A DNA stretch of 64,000 nt from an uncultured Ignavibacteriaceae bacterium. GTDB lineage: Bacteria; Bacteroidota; Ignavibacteria; UBA10030. A program made the translations under genes and the position numbers. Below the pieces are notes generated by a model. That model was not told where the DNA came from and searched no databases. It was given only the letters and a program-made list of their open reading frames with translations. The stretch is taken from NCBI GenBank assembly GCA_964651225.1, contig CAZYYD010000011.1, positions 25,160 to 89,159 of the forward strand, written 5' to 3'. Every line of letters starts with the position of its first letter. The stretch's first letter is position 1. Below are positions 53,701 through 61,136 of the stretch, one piece after another.

Positions 53701-56700
53701 CGTCTATTTGAATATCAACAATCTCGTGGGGAGTATACCTTCGGAAATCGGAAATCTTGATTCTCTCAGGTACCTTCAATTGGCCCAGAACCAGCTGACT
53801 GGACCGATCCCCCAGGAAATATGGGGACTCACAGGTCTCACCCGTCTGGACTTGGGATGGAATGCTCTTTCTGGAACCCTTCCCGCTGAAGTGGGTAATC
53901 TTGCAAGGCTCCTGGAGTTGAAATTGGAGTACAATCAATTCACCGGAGAGCTGCCGCTAGAGCTATACACGTTGAGTCAATTGAATATCCTTGACCTTGC
54001 GGGCAACAGCTTCACAGGTTCGATTCATGCCAATATTGGAAATCTGACATCTCTTGAAAATGCGTATCTCAACCTTAATCAGCTGACAGGTTCGATTCCC
54101 TCGTCACTCAGCTACCTCACGAAGCTCCAGGAGTTATTACTCAACGGTAATTCCTTGTCCGGCGCAGTTCCGATCGAGCTTTGGTCAATGACACAACTCC
54201 GCACCCTGAATCTTAGTAGTAATCAGCTGAATGGTGTACTACCTCAGGAAATCGGCCGCATGGATAGTCTTTCTATTATGTATGTGGGAAACAACCAGTT
54301 CAGCGGGGGAGTCCCGGATTCGATCGTACGGCTGCAAAAACTCAGAGTTCTGGATATACAGAACAATCATTTCGATCGACTGCCGAACCTAGGCTCTCTT
54401 CCAAACTTAACGGATCTGAACGTCTCTGGCAACAACCTCACGTTCGCCGACCTTGAGCCGAATGCTGGGGTTGCGTCGAACGCCTTCACCTATATTCCTC
54501 AGGACAGTGTAGGGACGGAACGTACAGAAGATGTTCTTGTAGGGTGTACAGTCACGTTGACAACATCTGTCGGTGGGACGGCGAACCAATATCAGTGGAT
54601 GAAGGACAACGTAGATATCCCGACAGCGACGGGACCCACGCTTATCTTCCCTTCAGTCACATCGGCTCAAGACGGAAAGTATATCTGTAAAGTATCGAAT
54701 ACAATCATCACCGGACTGATGCTCTACACGAGGCCCGTCACCCTCTCTGTTCATCCAAATCTCCCGGGGGAATACCTCGCCGATGCCAACACCGTCCTTC
54801 TCATGCATATGAACGAAACCAGCGGCTCAACGGTGAGCGATGCGAGCAGCTTCGGCAATAACGGCCAGGCAACCGGAACAACAATTGTGGATGGAAGGTT
54901 TGGAAAAGCGAGAAGCTATGGTGGAAGTGACGGAATATCGATCGCATCCAATGCAAGTTTGAATCCAAGCTCAGGTATGACAGTTGAAGCGTGGGCATAT
55001 TTAGCGGGCGGTACAGGAAACGATCGCTGGATCGTTGAGAAGGACGATGGGAATTCTGCGCGACAATTTCTCTTGTCCGCAAGTGATGTGAACAGATTCC
55101 GCGCGCACATCGGCACTATCGTCAGTCTCAGAAGCTTCGATGGCAATACCGTTATTCAATTGAATCGATGGTACCACGTTGCTATGACCTACGACAATTC
55201 CATCCTCAAACTCTACGTGAACGGACTGCTGGATGGTTCGATAACTCCCAATGAACAGATGATTTCAACTACCCAGCCGGTTACAATTGGTGGTGGGGGA
55301 ATTCTGCCCTTCAGTGGTCTCATCGACGAAGTGCGCATTTCGAATGTCATCCGCTCGCCGCAGGGGTTCAATCTCCAGCTTCCGCCAGTGAATCTTGCAG
55401 CAACGCCAAGCGGTTCGACGGTGAATCTCAATTGGCAAAACGGCGGCGGGGCAGTACCATTAATGCGGTACAAGATTTATCGCGGTACTGATTCAACTAC
55501 TGTGTCGATGGTCGATTCGACTACTGCAACTTCCAAATCAAATACGCCTGGCAGCATCGGAACGTACTATTATAGAATCTCCGCGGTTGACTCGACCGGA
55601 TTTGAGGGCGCAATGAGTTATGCAGCGAAGGCAACAGTGACAGGGGTCAATACCGCTCCGGCCGCTCCACAAAACCTCACCGCCACCGCCGGCAATGGAC
55701 AAGTGACACTTAAGTGGAGCAAGAACATAGAAGCCGATTTCCTGAAATACCGCGTGTATATGGGCACAGACTCGGTTACTGTTTCACTCAAAGACTCAAC
55801 TTCTGCCTCTATCTCTGATACTTTAAAAACAATCACGGGTCTTACCAACGGCACAAAATATTATTTCCGCGTGTCGGCATTGGATGACGCGAGGTTGGAG
55901 AGCGGAAAGAGTTATGCGGTAGGTGCAACACCGAGCGTCAATAACTTGATTACCTTCCAGGTAAAAATGAACATTGCCATGCAGAAGGGGCGATTCGATC
56001 CTGCTTCGGATACTGTCATCGTTCGCGGCACATTTAATTCATGGGTATCGAATACTGACCGGTTGTCAGATCCGAATGCGGACAGTATTTATACCGGTAC
56101 AATCAATGTTGGGACTGCAGATCCGCCGTTCTATAAATTTGTTATACGACGTAATAGTAATGATGATTGGGAAGGACATATCGACAACCGGATATATACT
56201 CCGACAGGAAGTCCGCAAACTCTTCCACCAGTCTATTTTGATGATGATTCAATCTATATACCTTCACTCTTTGGAGAGTACCGATCCGATGCCAACACTG
56301 TCCTTCTTATGCACATGAACGAAACCAGTGGCTCGACCGTGAGCGATGCGAGCAGCTTTAGCAACAATGGGATAGCAACCGGGACGTCGATTGTGGATGG
56401 AAAATTTGCGAAAGCACGAAGTTTTAATGGTACAAGCGATTTTATTAGTATTCCTGATGCCGATATTTTCACTCTTTCTACGAATCCGTTTACCATTGAA
56501 ACATGGGCAATATTTTTATCTACTCCACCTCAGTGCGCATTAATGGGGCACGACGACGGACCCGGTGCTCAAAATAAATGGATACTCCTTGCGGGCCAGA
56601 GCCTCAGTTTTCATGTCTATTCTACTACCGTCCAGTCTCAATTACTGTTTAATATGCCATGGGCCCCAACAATAGGAAGATGGTATCATATAGCTGTTTC

Positions 56701-59700
56701 GAGGTCCGGGAATACTTTCAGCCTTTATGTCGATGGAACAGTAGTATCGACTGATTCCCGTGATATCGATATCCCTAATCCGACTGCAAGTCTCACTCTT
56801 GGCAATGCTGAAGGTGAATTCTTTTTCAATGGTATGCTCGACGAAGTCCGCATATCCAATGTTGCCCGATCACCACAGGAGTTCAACCTCCAGCTTCCGC
56901 CGGTCAATCTTATCGCCATTCCAAACGGTACAATCGTTAGCCTCAGCTGGGAAAACGGGGGCGGTGCAGTGCCGTTAATGAAATATAGAATTTATCGTGG
57001 CACTGATTCCATGACTGTATCGATGGTCGACTCAACTGCTGCAACTTCAAAGGCAAACACGGTTGGGAGTGCCGGCACATACTATTATAGGATTTCCGCT
57101 GTCGACTCCACAGGATTTGAAGGGGAAAAGAGTTGGGCGGTCGAAGTAACTATTGCCAATGATCCGTCTCTCGTCGCATTCTATCCCTTTAATGGAAATA
57201 CACAGGATGAAAGTGGCAACGGCAATCATGGCATCAACAACGGTGCAACATTAACGACGGATCGGTTTGGGAACGCAGGGAAGGCCTATGAGTTTAATGG
57301 ATCGAATAACTGGATCAACTGCGGGAGCTCACTCTCGCTGGACATCAATAATCCATTTCAAACAATCAGCGTATGGATAAAACCGCATTCACTCGTAAAC
57401 GGCAAAATCATTTCGAAAACCAGTGGAATGAATGGGTACGAAGTTGATGTGGAAAATTCAAAAGCGCGGTTCATTTTAAATGGAGTCGCGTATATCCAAG
57501 ACATTGATATTTCGTTTTTCCTTGATCAATGGGTCTATCTTGCCGCGAGAGCTGATGGTGTGAACGCGCAGCTCTACATCAATGGTGTTCTCCAGAATTC
57601 ACAAGGATTCGGCGGCCCAATCAACAGCACTCCGAATTCCATGTTCCTTGGACAATCGTCAAACACAAACGACACGTATTTTAACGGCATTATTGATGAC
57701 ATTCGCATCTACAAACGCGCTCTGACTGAAGAGGAAATTCAAGCGCTGTACCTTGAAGGCGGATGGAACGGTGTCCGTCCTCCTACAGCACCGGTTAATC
57801 TCTTCGCCTCTGCCGGCAATGCAGAGGTAACGCTCAATTGGAATAAGAACACCGAATCGGATTTCCTCAGGTACCGCATTTACCAAGGGACCTCATCTCC
57901 TGCAAGCACGCTCATCGACTCAACGACATCGGGATCTAGCGACACAACGAAAATTATAACCAGTCTTACCAATGGAACTACCTACTTCTTCCGCATCACT
58001 GCCGTGAATACTTCACAGATGGAAAGCGGTTACAGCAACGAGGCAAGTGCAACGCCTACCAGCGGACCAATTCTTTCTGTCAATCCGACCTCCCTTGCAT
58101 TTGGCACTGTAGACGTGGGAACACTTTCGCCGGAAAAGACTTACTCGCTCTTTGGTGCAAATCTTACTCCGGCAAGCGGCAATATCGCGGTGACAGCTCC
58201 TTCCGGCTTCGAAGTGTCGCTCTCGAGCGGTGCCGGTTTCGCATCGTCGATGAACGTCCCCTATGCTTCAGGAATCTTGAATACGACGACTTATGTCCGT
58301 TTCAACCCGACGGCGGCAACAACATACAGCGGCAATATTAGCAATGCAGGGGGCGGCGCTGCAACGAAGACACTGTCGGTTTCGGGAACCGGCAATTTAT
58401 CTATAGCGGCACCAACCACTTTGACCGCCACCGTTATGTCTTCATCGCGCATCGATCTTTCGTGGATAGATAACTCAACAAACGAAGATAAGTTCAAGAT
58501 CGAACGGAAGATCGGCGATGCCGGAACGTACTCGGATTTAGCGGAAGTAGGAGCAAGTATTGTTACGTACTCCAATATAGAACTCACGGATGGGACACGT
58601 TACGTCTATCGTGTTAAGGCGTTCAGCACTACACTCGGCAGTTCGGCCTACTCGAATGAATCCGGTGCGAATACACCGTTGAATGCGCCCACGAATCTTG
58701 CCGCGACTGCCGCATCCGCCGCACAGGTGCAGTTGTCGTGGCAGGATAATTCCGGAAATGAATCGAATTACGAGGTGGAGCGAAGCGCACCCAATAGCAA
58801 TAGCGGCTTTACGAATATCGCAACTATAGCTGAAAACCTTCAAGCCTATCAGGATGCTACGGTAAGTTCCTCGACAACGTACTGGTACCGTGTGCGTGCA
58901 ACAAACAGCATTGCCGGTGTATCGGCCTATTCAAATGCAGATTCAGCACAGGTACCGGCTCCCGCTGATATCACACCGCCGGCAGCCCCCATCAACCTTG
59001 CAGTAAATCCTGCGGGATGGACAAAGACCGCTTCGTGGTTATTGAGCTGGACAAATCCGACTGATCCTTCCGATATTGCGAAAGCCTGGTACACCGTTGA
59101 TGCACTTCCGACGATATCAAATCCTGGAACCTCTGTTTCGGTATCTGGATTGGGAAGCACTCCATCGATACAGGTTACTCAACCGGTCAGTTTGGCACAA
59201 GGTCCACATACAGTCTATCTCTATTTGGAGGATGGCGCACCGAATCAAAACAAAGATCCGAATAACGCTGTATCGGTCGTGGTATGGTACGACAGCCAAT
59301 CGCCGTTGATTACTCACGACTTCAATATAATACCGGAAGTGACGGTGGACGTTAATGGAAATGCTACCCCAAGCATCAGTATTGCCGCATCGGCAAGTGA
59401 TAATAGCGGATCGGGAGTACAGTCGATGGTGCTGGAATATCGGCGCGTAGGGGAATCGGCAACGAGCAGCGCTGCCTATGTCGCTCCGTATAGTGTGAGT
59501 AGTGCAAGACAGATTCCTTCACCGACATTTGTCTCGAGTCAAAAGGCGATTGGTGTCGATTATCGCATTGCAGCAACTGATTCCGCCGGTAATACTTCCT
59601 CGACAATCTGGTACTCGATTTCGGTCCGGAATGCACCATCTATTGTCATTACCACTCCAACACCGCTTCCGGCTGCATCAAGTTATCCCAGTACGGAATT

Positions 59701-61069
59701 GGTGAAGGCGTATCGCCTGTTCTCTGTGCCGTACGATCTTGATAACAAAACGCCAAGTTTCATTGTCTCCAGTCTCGGCAATCACAATGCCAACGGAGTC
59801 GACTATTATAATTGGCGCCTGCAGCGCTATGTCGGTGCTTCGAAACAGGACTTTAAAGATTTTGAAAGCGATGCATCGGCGTTTGCACCGGGGAAAGGAT
59901 TCTTCCTTATCGTCCGCGATCCGCAGAAGACCATTACCGTCGGTTCCAACAAAGTTGTGCGCGCGGAAGTCATGAATAATACCGGTATCCAATTGAGTGA
60001 TGGATGGAACCTTGTTGGCACCCCGCTCAATATTACGATTCCTTTCGACAGTCTCGCCTTCGTCGGTGGCACTTATATGGCGCGTGCCTCCTTCAGCGGG
60101 GACGGGCCGCATAGCGGCTGGTGGATGCCAGGTGACACGAAAACAGATCAACCATGGAATACGCTCAAGCCATGGGAAGGACTTGCCATCAAAGTCAATG
60201 GCGTTTCGACATTGAAGTTTAAGATGCAGGGTCCGCAGTTCAGTATTTACAACACAGACAAGAAGGAGGTCACGGGAAAATCCATTCTGGCCAAGCAAGC
60301 AGCAGATGCAAAAGAACAGCCCGCATGGATGATCTCCGTCGATGCCTATCGTTTTGATATCGGTATGTGCGCCATCGGAAATGGTGTTGGTATGGCGCGC
60401 GATGCATCCGAAGGGACAGATCGATTTGATTCCTTCATGCCCCCCTTCATCGGCGATCGGAATGTTGCATTGTATTTCATGAATCCTGATGGCGCGATGA
60501 TGCGCGATATCCGTCCACTCAGTGCAGAGGGAAGCATTTGGGACATGCGTGTTGTGACAGGCGATGCGGGAGCCAAAGTGAAGCTGCAATTTAATGAAGC
60601 AGTAAAGATTTCTGATCTGACGTTTGATGCATATCTTCTCGACCTGGATCGTACGACCGCCCATAACCTCAGGGAAACATCATCCTTGGATATCAACTCC
60701 GGCAGCGGCACACGAAACTTCCGCCTCATTGTAGGGAAGAAGGCTTTCATTGAACAAAATAATGCAGGAATCGAGCTAGCTCCATCCGCAATGAAATTAT
60801 TTGCCAATTATCCGAATCCGTTCAATCCGGAAACGAGCATCCGGTACACGATCCCCAATACAGCATCGATGTACGCAGTCACCCTGAGGATTTTTAACAT
60901 GCTCGGCCAGGAGATTGAAACACTCGTGCAGCAGCACCAGCGAGCAGGGTATTATGAAGTGCTCTGGGATGCACGCAGACAGAGTTCCGGCGTATATTTC
61001 TATGAGCTTTCGATTTGGGATGGTTCGAAGAAGTACTCTGATATGAAGAAAATGATACTTGTCAAATAA
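47744..61069 (+). CDS. Giant multidomain T9SS-secreted surface protein (4,441 aa as tracked; true start uncertain)
   Basis: Uninterrupted 13.3-kb ORF. By eye it contains 2x [IPT/TIG + FG-GAP/VCBS propeller + LamG], several FN3 domains (..LRYRIYRS..YYFRVTAVD), two beta-helix regions, about 14 plant-type LRRs, an Ig-like domain, 3 further LamG domains and a CBM-like beta-sandwich. It ends in the T9SS CTD YPNPFNPETSIRYTI...GVYFYEL....KKMILVK. Confidence 0.9.
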   Translation: MMGKLMLQSDSDPFNSNNYFQSVKTPGNLVKVYLGQPKRTLTRFSWSPSEVNHSHHLSDLPRSTRQSGSERFALLLLLLLLFSGVALGQIPTITDFNPKSGPVGTIVTISGTNFDPINTNNVVYFGAVKGSVTSGTSTGLTVTVPSGATFEPITVTNIITGLTAYSAKPFAIMFPSIGILDAGSFSPKLDFGAANSPHDIKMGDIDGDGKSDLALACSGSNAVSVVRNTSSDGILSFAANADFAAMASPQGVAISDIDGDGKLDLAVVNWNGASVSLFRSLSSPGTISFAGRIDSSTVGRPERIAVGDLDRDGKPDLVIGNGNGQLSIFRNTSSVGNISFAVRIDIPITNGPTDVAVADIDGDGNPDIIETNYGSNTVAVLRNISTLGNLSFESPVSFVTAGYPGKVAVTDLDGDDKNDIAVSTQLGKISILRNTSSGTTISFAAKTDITTTSEPHAIAAGDLDGDGKPDIVITFAGDVSTIVAYLNSCTPGNISFKSPANYIGGWWEDAVAIGDLNGDGKPDIAAANMGGNNGSALRNRIPVDNQHAGLVAFYPFSGNTADSSGDGNHGTNNGATLTADRFAKPAMAYDFDGTSASITCGNPASLNINSAISMSAWIRPRSLATSRIVSKGGANAGYELLVSNPNVVLALNQNNLSTVDISSYLNQWLYIVGTWDGSATRIYVNGVLRSTVAYATQIVNSSNELVIGQDASLSPEYFNGAIDDIRIYNRALRSGEIDTLYHAGGWALPPPTITDFSPKSGSAGTTITITGTNFNPISIQNVVYFGAVKGSVTSGTSTGITVTVPTGATYAPITVTDTTTKLTAFSTKPFIPKFTSIQQIDSTSFAAKMDFGLANGTYDVAFGDINGDGKPELLTTNFGNATFSVLTNTSSGNSLSFAAGANFPSAGNPQCVTLGDIDGDGNLDVITANYGVSISRNTTTTVTPSFAAKLDLTGGSNATSVAIGDIDGDGRPDLAVGNYTSADVVSVLQNTSIGGVISFAPKIDFTTGTSSKAIVLGDIDGDGKPDLVVTNDDLASISVLRNTSTNGVISFASNVDISTRTWPGKVVLSDVDGDGKLDVFAGCSGYVSVLRNTSTTGAVSFAVTIDYAVGNGSVKLAAGDLDGDGKPDIAATAYNNNRISVFRNISSIGNVSFEVKVTYPAGSLPMGVAICDANGDGMPDIATGYISENVVSVFRNQIPENIPPAAPTGLVAFKGNGKVTLKWNKNTEADMLRYRIYRSTAPNPTAKIDSTTGGINDTSKVISGLVNGTLYYFRVTAVDTGGMVSGYSNNASAAPGVISLCVSTTGNDGNLGTPAAPFRNIQTALIKAGSGDTVKVAAGSYNETLVPSAQVTLKGGYSLTFTESSRDLIAQKTTLGSAGGEIIRDNQSSTIDGFVFDGTNVPSNYNAITISGGYATITHNVLTKSHNSGCIVVRINSGAGALVQNNTIVQNALSGGGVSVIGISIVSSANPSTLVQNNIITTTGIGIVNDLSSSIADYNCIDIGGGYGYHGTYTAPGPHDISSSPKLVYPAGGDYRLKGGSPCIDAGNPTDPIGEEPIPNGNRIDIGAYGGTKNTTKSGWNPVTCVSTNGSDANDGSAASPYLTIQYALMHALGDTIKVATGTYAEGLTTFSPGILRGGYPESFDEKSRNIHQYRTTIQAVGSTMWNDAFGVDVDGFYFDGMSTLANVGLELWKPVTISHNVILNVLTGAFVGGIKVHASATVVNNVLYHCAYGFWLESEAIGGSFKNNIIANSTSYGVFNAAADGLLTYNCYYNNSLGNYSLGAPYRASGIGEITANPLFRAPASLDFRLQSNSPCINAGDPDVSYNDPDGSRSDMGVFYYDSPPAAPQNLTATAGEGSITLNWTQNTEPDLLRYRIFGGTSPNPTTQIDSTLNGAVTSRNYSGLQVGVTRYYRLKAVDNTLNESIYSNEVNATPIPSPLQVDSLALVALYNSTNGLNWTNKTNWLTGAVSTWFGITVSNGRVTNVYLNINNLVGSIPSEIGNLDSLRYLQLAQNQLTGPIPQEIWGLTGLTRLDLGWNALSGTLPAEVGNLARLLELKLEYNQFTGELPLELYTLSQLNILDLAGNSFTGSIHANIGNLTSLENAYLNLNQLTGSIPSSLSYLTKLQELLLNGNSLSGAVPIELWSMTQLRTLNLSSNQLNGVLPQEIGRMDSLSIMYVGNNQFSGGVPDSIVRLQKLRVLDIQNNHFDRLPNLGSLPNLTDLNVSGNNLTFADLEPNAGVASNAFTYIPQDSVGTERTEDVLVGCTVTLTTSVGGTANQYQWMKDNVDIPTATGPTLIFPSVTSAQDGKYICKVSNTIITGLMLYTRPVTLSVHPNLPGEYLADANTVLLMHMNETSGSTVSDASSFGNNGQATGTTIVDGRFGKARSYGGSDGISIASNASLNPSSGMTVEAWAYLAGGTGNDRWIVEKDDGNSARQFLLSASDVNRFRAHIGTIVSLRSFDGNTVIQLNRWYHVAMTYDNSILKLYVNGLLDGSITPNEQMISTTQPVTIGGGGILPFSGLIDEVRISNVIRSPQGFNLQLPPVNLAATPSGSTVNLNWQNGGGAVPLMRYKIYRGTDSTTVSMVDSTTATSKSNTPGSIGTYYYRISAVDSTGFEGAMSYAAKATVTGVNTAPAAPQNLTATAGNGQVTLKWSKNIEADFLKYRVYMGTDSVTVSLKDSTSASISDTLKTITGLTNGTKYYFRVSALDDARLESGKSYAVGATPSVNNLITFQVKMNIAMQKGRFDPASDTVIVRGTFNSWVSNTDRLSDPNADSIYTGTINVGTADPPFYKFVIRRNSNDDWEGHIDNRIYTPTGSPQTLPPVYFDDDSIYIPSLFGEYRSDANTVLLMHMNETSGSTVSDASSFSNNGIATGTSIVDGKFAKARSFNGTSDFISIPDADIFTLSTNPFTIETWAIFLSTPPQCALMGHDDGPGAQNKWILLAGQSLSFHVYSTTVQSQLLFNMPWAPTIGRWYHIAVSRSGNTFSLYVDGTVVSTDSRDIDIPNPTASLTLGNAEGEFFFNGMLDEVRISNVARSPQEFNLQLPPVNLIAIPNGTIVSLSWENGGGAVPLMKYRIYRGTDSMTVSMVDSTAATSKANTVGSAGTYYYRISAVDSTGFEGEKSWAVEVTIANDPSLVAFYPFNGNTQDESGNGNHGINNGATLTTDRFGNAGKAYEFNGSNNWINCGSSLSLDINNPFQTISVWIKPHSLVNGKIISKTSGMNGYEVDVENSKARFILNGVAYIQDIDISFFLDQWVYLAARADGVNAQLYINGVLQNSQGFGGPINSTPNSMFLGQSSNTNDTYFNGIIDDIRIYKRALTEEEIQALYLEGGWNGVRPPTAPVNLFASAGNAEVTLNWNKNTESDFLRYRIYQGTSSPASTLIDSTTSGSSDTTKIITSLTNGTTYFFRITAVNTSQMESGYSNEASATPTSGPILSVNPTSLAFGTVDVGTLSPEKTYSLFGANLTPASGNIAVTAPSGFEVSLSSGAGFASSMNVPYASGILNTTTYVRFNPTAATTYSGNISNAGGGAATKTLSVSGTGNLSIAAPTTLTATVMSSSRIDLSWIDNSTNEDKFKIERKIGDAGTYSDLAEVGASIVTYSNIELTDGTRYVYRVKAFSTTLGSSAYSNESGANTPLNAPTNLAATAASAAQVQLSWQDNSGNESNYEVERSAPNSNSGFTNIATIAENLQAYQDATVSSSTTYWYRVRATNSIAGVSAYSNADSAQVPAPADITPPAAPINLAVNPAGWTKTASWLLSWTNPTDPSDIAKAWYTVDALPTISNPGTSVSVSGLGSTPSIQVTQPVSLAQGPHTVYLYLEDGAPNQNKDPNNAVSVVVWYDSQSPLITHDFNIIPEVTVDVNGNATPSISIAASASDNSGSGVQSMVLEYRRVGESATSSAAYVAPYSVSSARQIPSPTFVSSQKAIGVDYRIAATDSAGNTSSTIWYSISVRNAPSIVITTPTPLPAASSYPSTELVKAYRLFSVPYDLDNKTPSFIVSSLGNHNANGVDYYNWRLQRYVGASKQDFKDFESDASAFAPGKGFFLIVRDPQKTITVGSNKVVRAEVMNNTGIQLSDGWNLVGTPLNITIPFDSLAFVGGTYMARASFSGDGPHSGWWMPGDTKTDQPWNTLKPWEGLAIKVNGVSTLKFKMQGPQFSIYNTDKKEVTGKSILAKQAADAKEQPAWMISVDAYRFDIGMCAIGNGVGMARDASEGTDRFDSFMPPFIGDRNVALYFMNPDGAMMRDIRPLSAEGSIWDMRVVTGDAGAKVKLQFNEAVKISDLTFDAYLLDLDRTTAHNLRETSSLDINSGSGTRNFRLIVGKKAFIEQNNAGIELAPSAMKLFANYPNPFNPETSIRYTIPNTASMYAVTLRIFNMLGQEIETLVQQHQRAGYYEVLWDARRQSSGVYFYELSIWDGSKKYSDMKKMILVK
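47825..47874 (+). promoter_or_regulatory. Perfect 15-bp inverted repeat (RNA hairpin candidate) in the 5' region of the giant ORF
   Basis: aaccttgtcaaagtt (47825-47839), a 20-nt loop, then aactttgacaaggtt (47860-47874), which is the exact reverse complement. Confidence 0.6.
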
Positions 61070-61136
61070 AAAATAATTCAGAGTAATCCCATAGTTGTTG
61101 GGTGTGGAAATTGATAAACCAGATCGTCAAAGAAAG

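Noticed and set aside
54770-57150. Diversity-generating retroelement acting on repeated LamG/FN3 segments
   Set aside because: No reverse transcriptase is in the window. Differences between the repeats are mostly synonymous transitions at all four bases, not adenine-specific.
59678-60664. 328-aa ORF on the minus strand inside the giant gene
   Set aside because: It is antisense to a region with clear + strand coding signal and has no recognisable motifs, RBS or signal. Long antisense ORFs are expected by chance in a 13-kb ORF of this composition.
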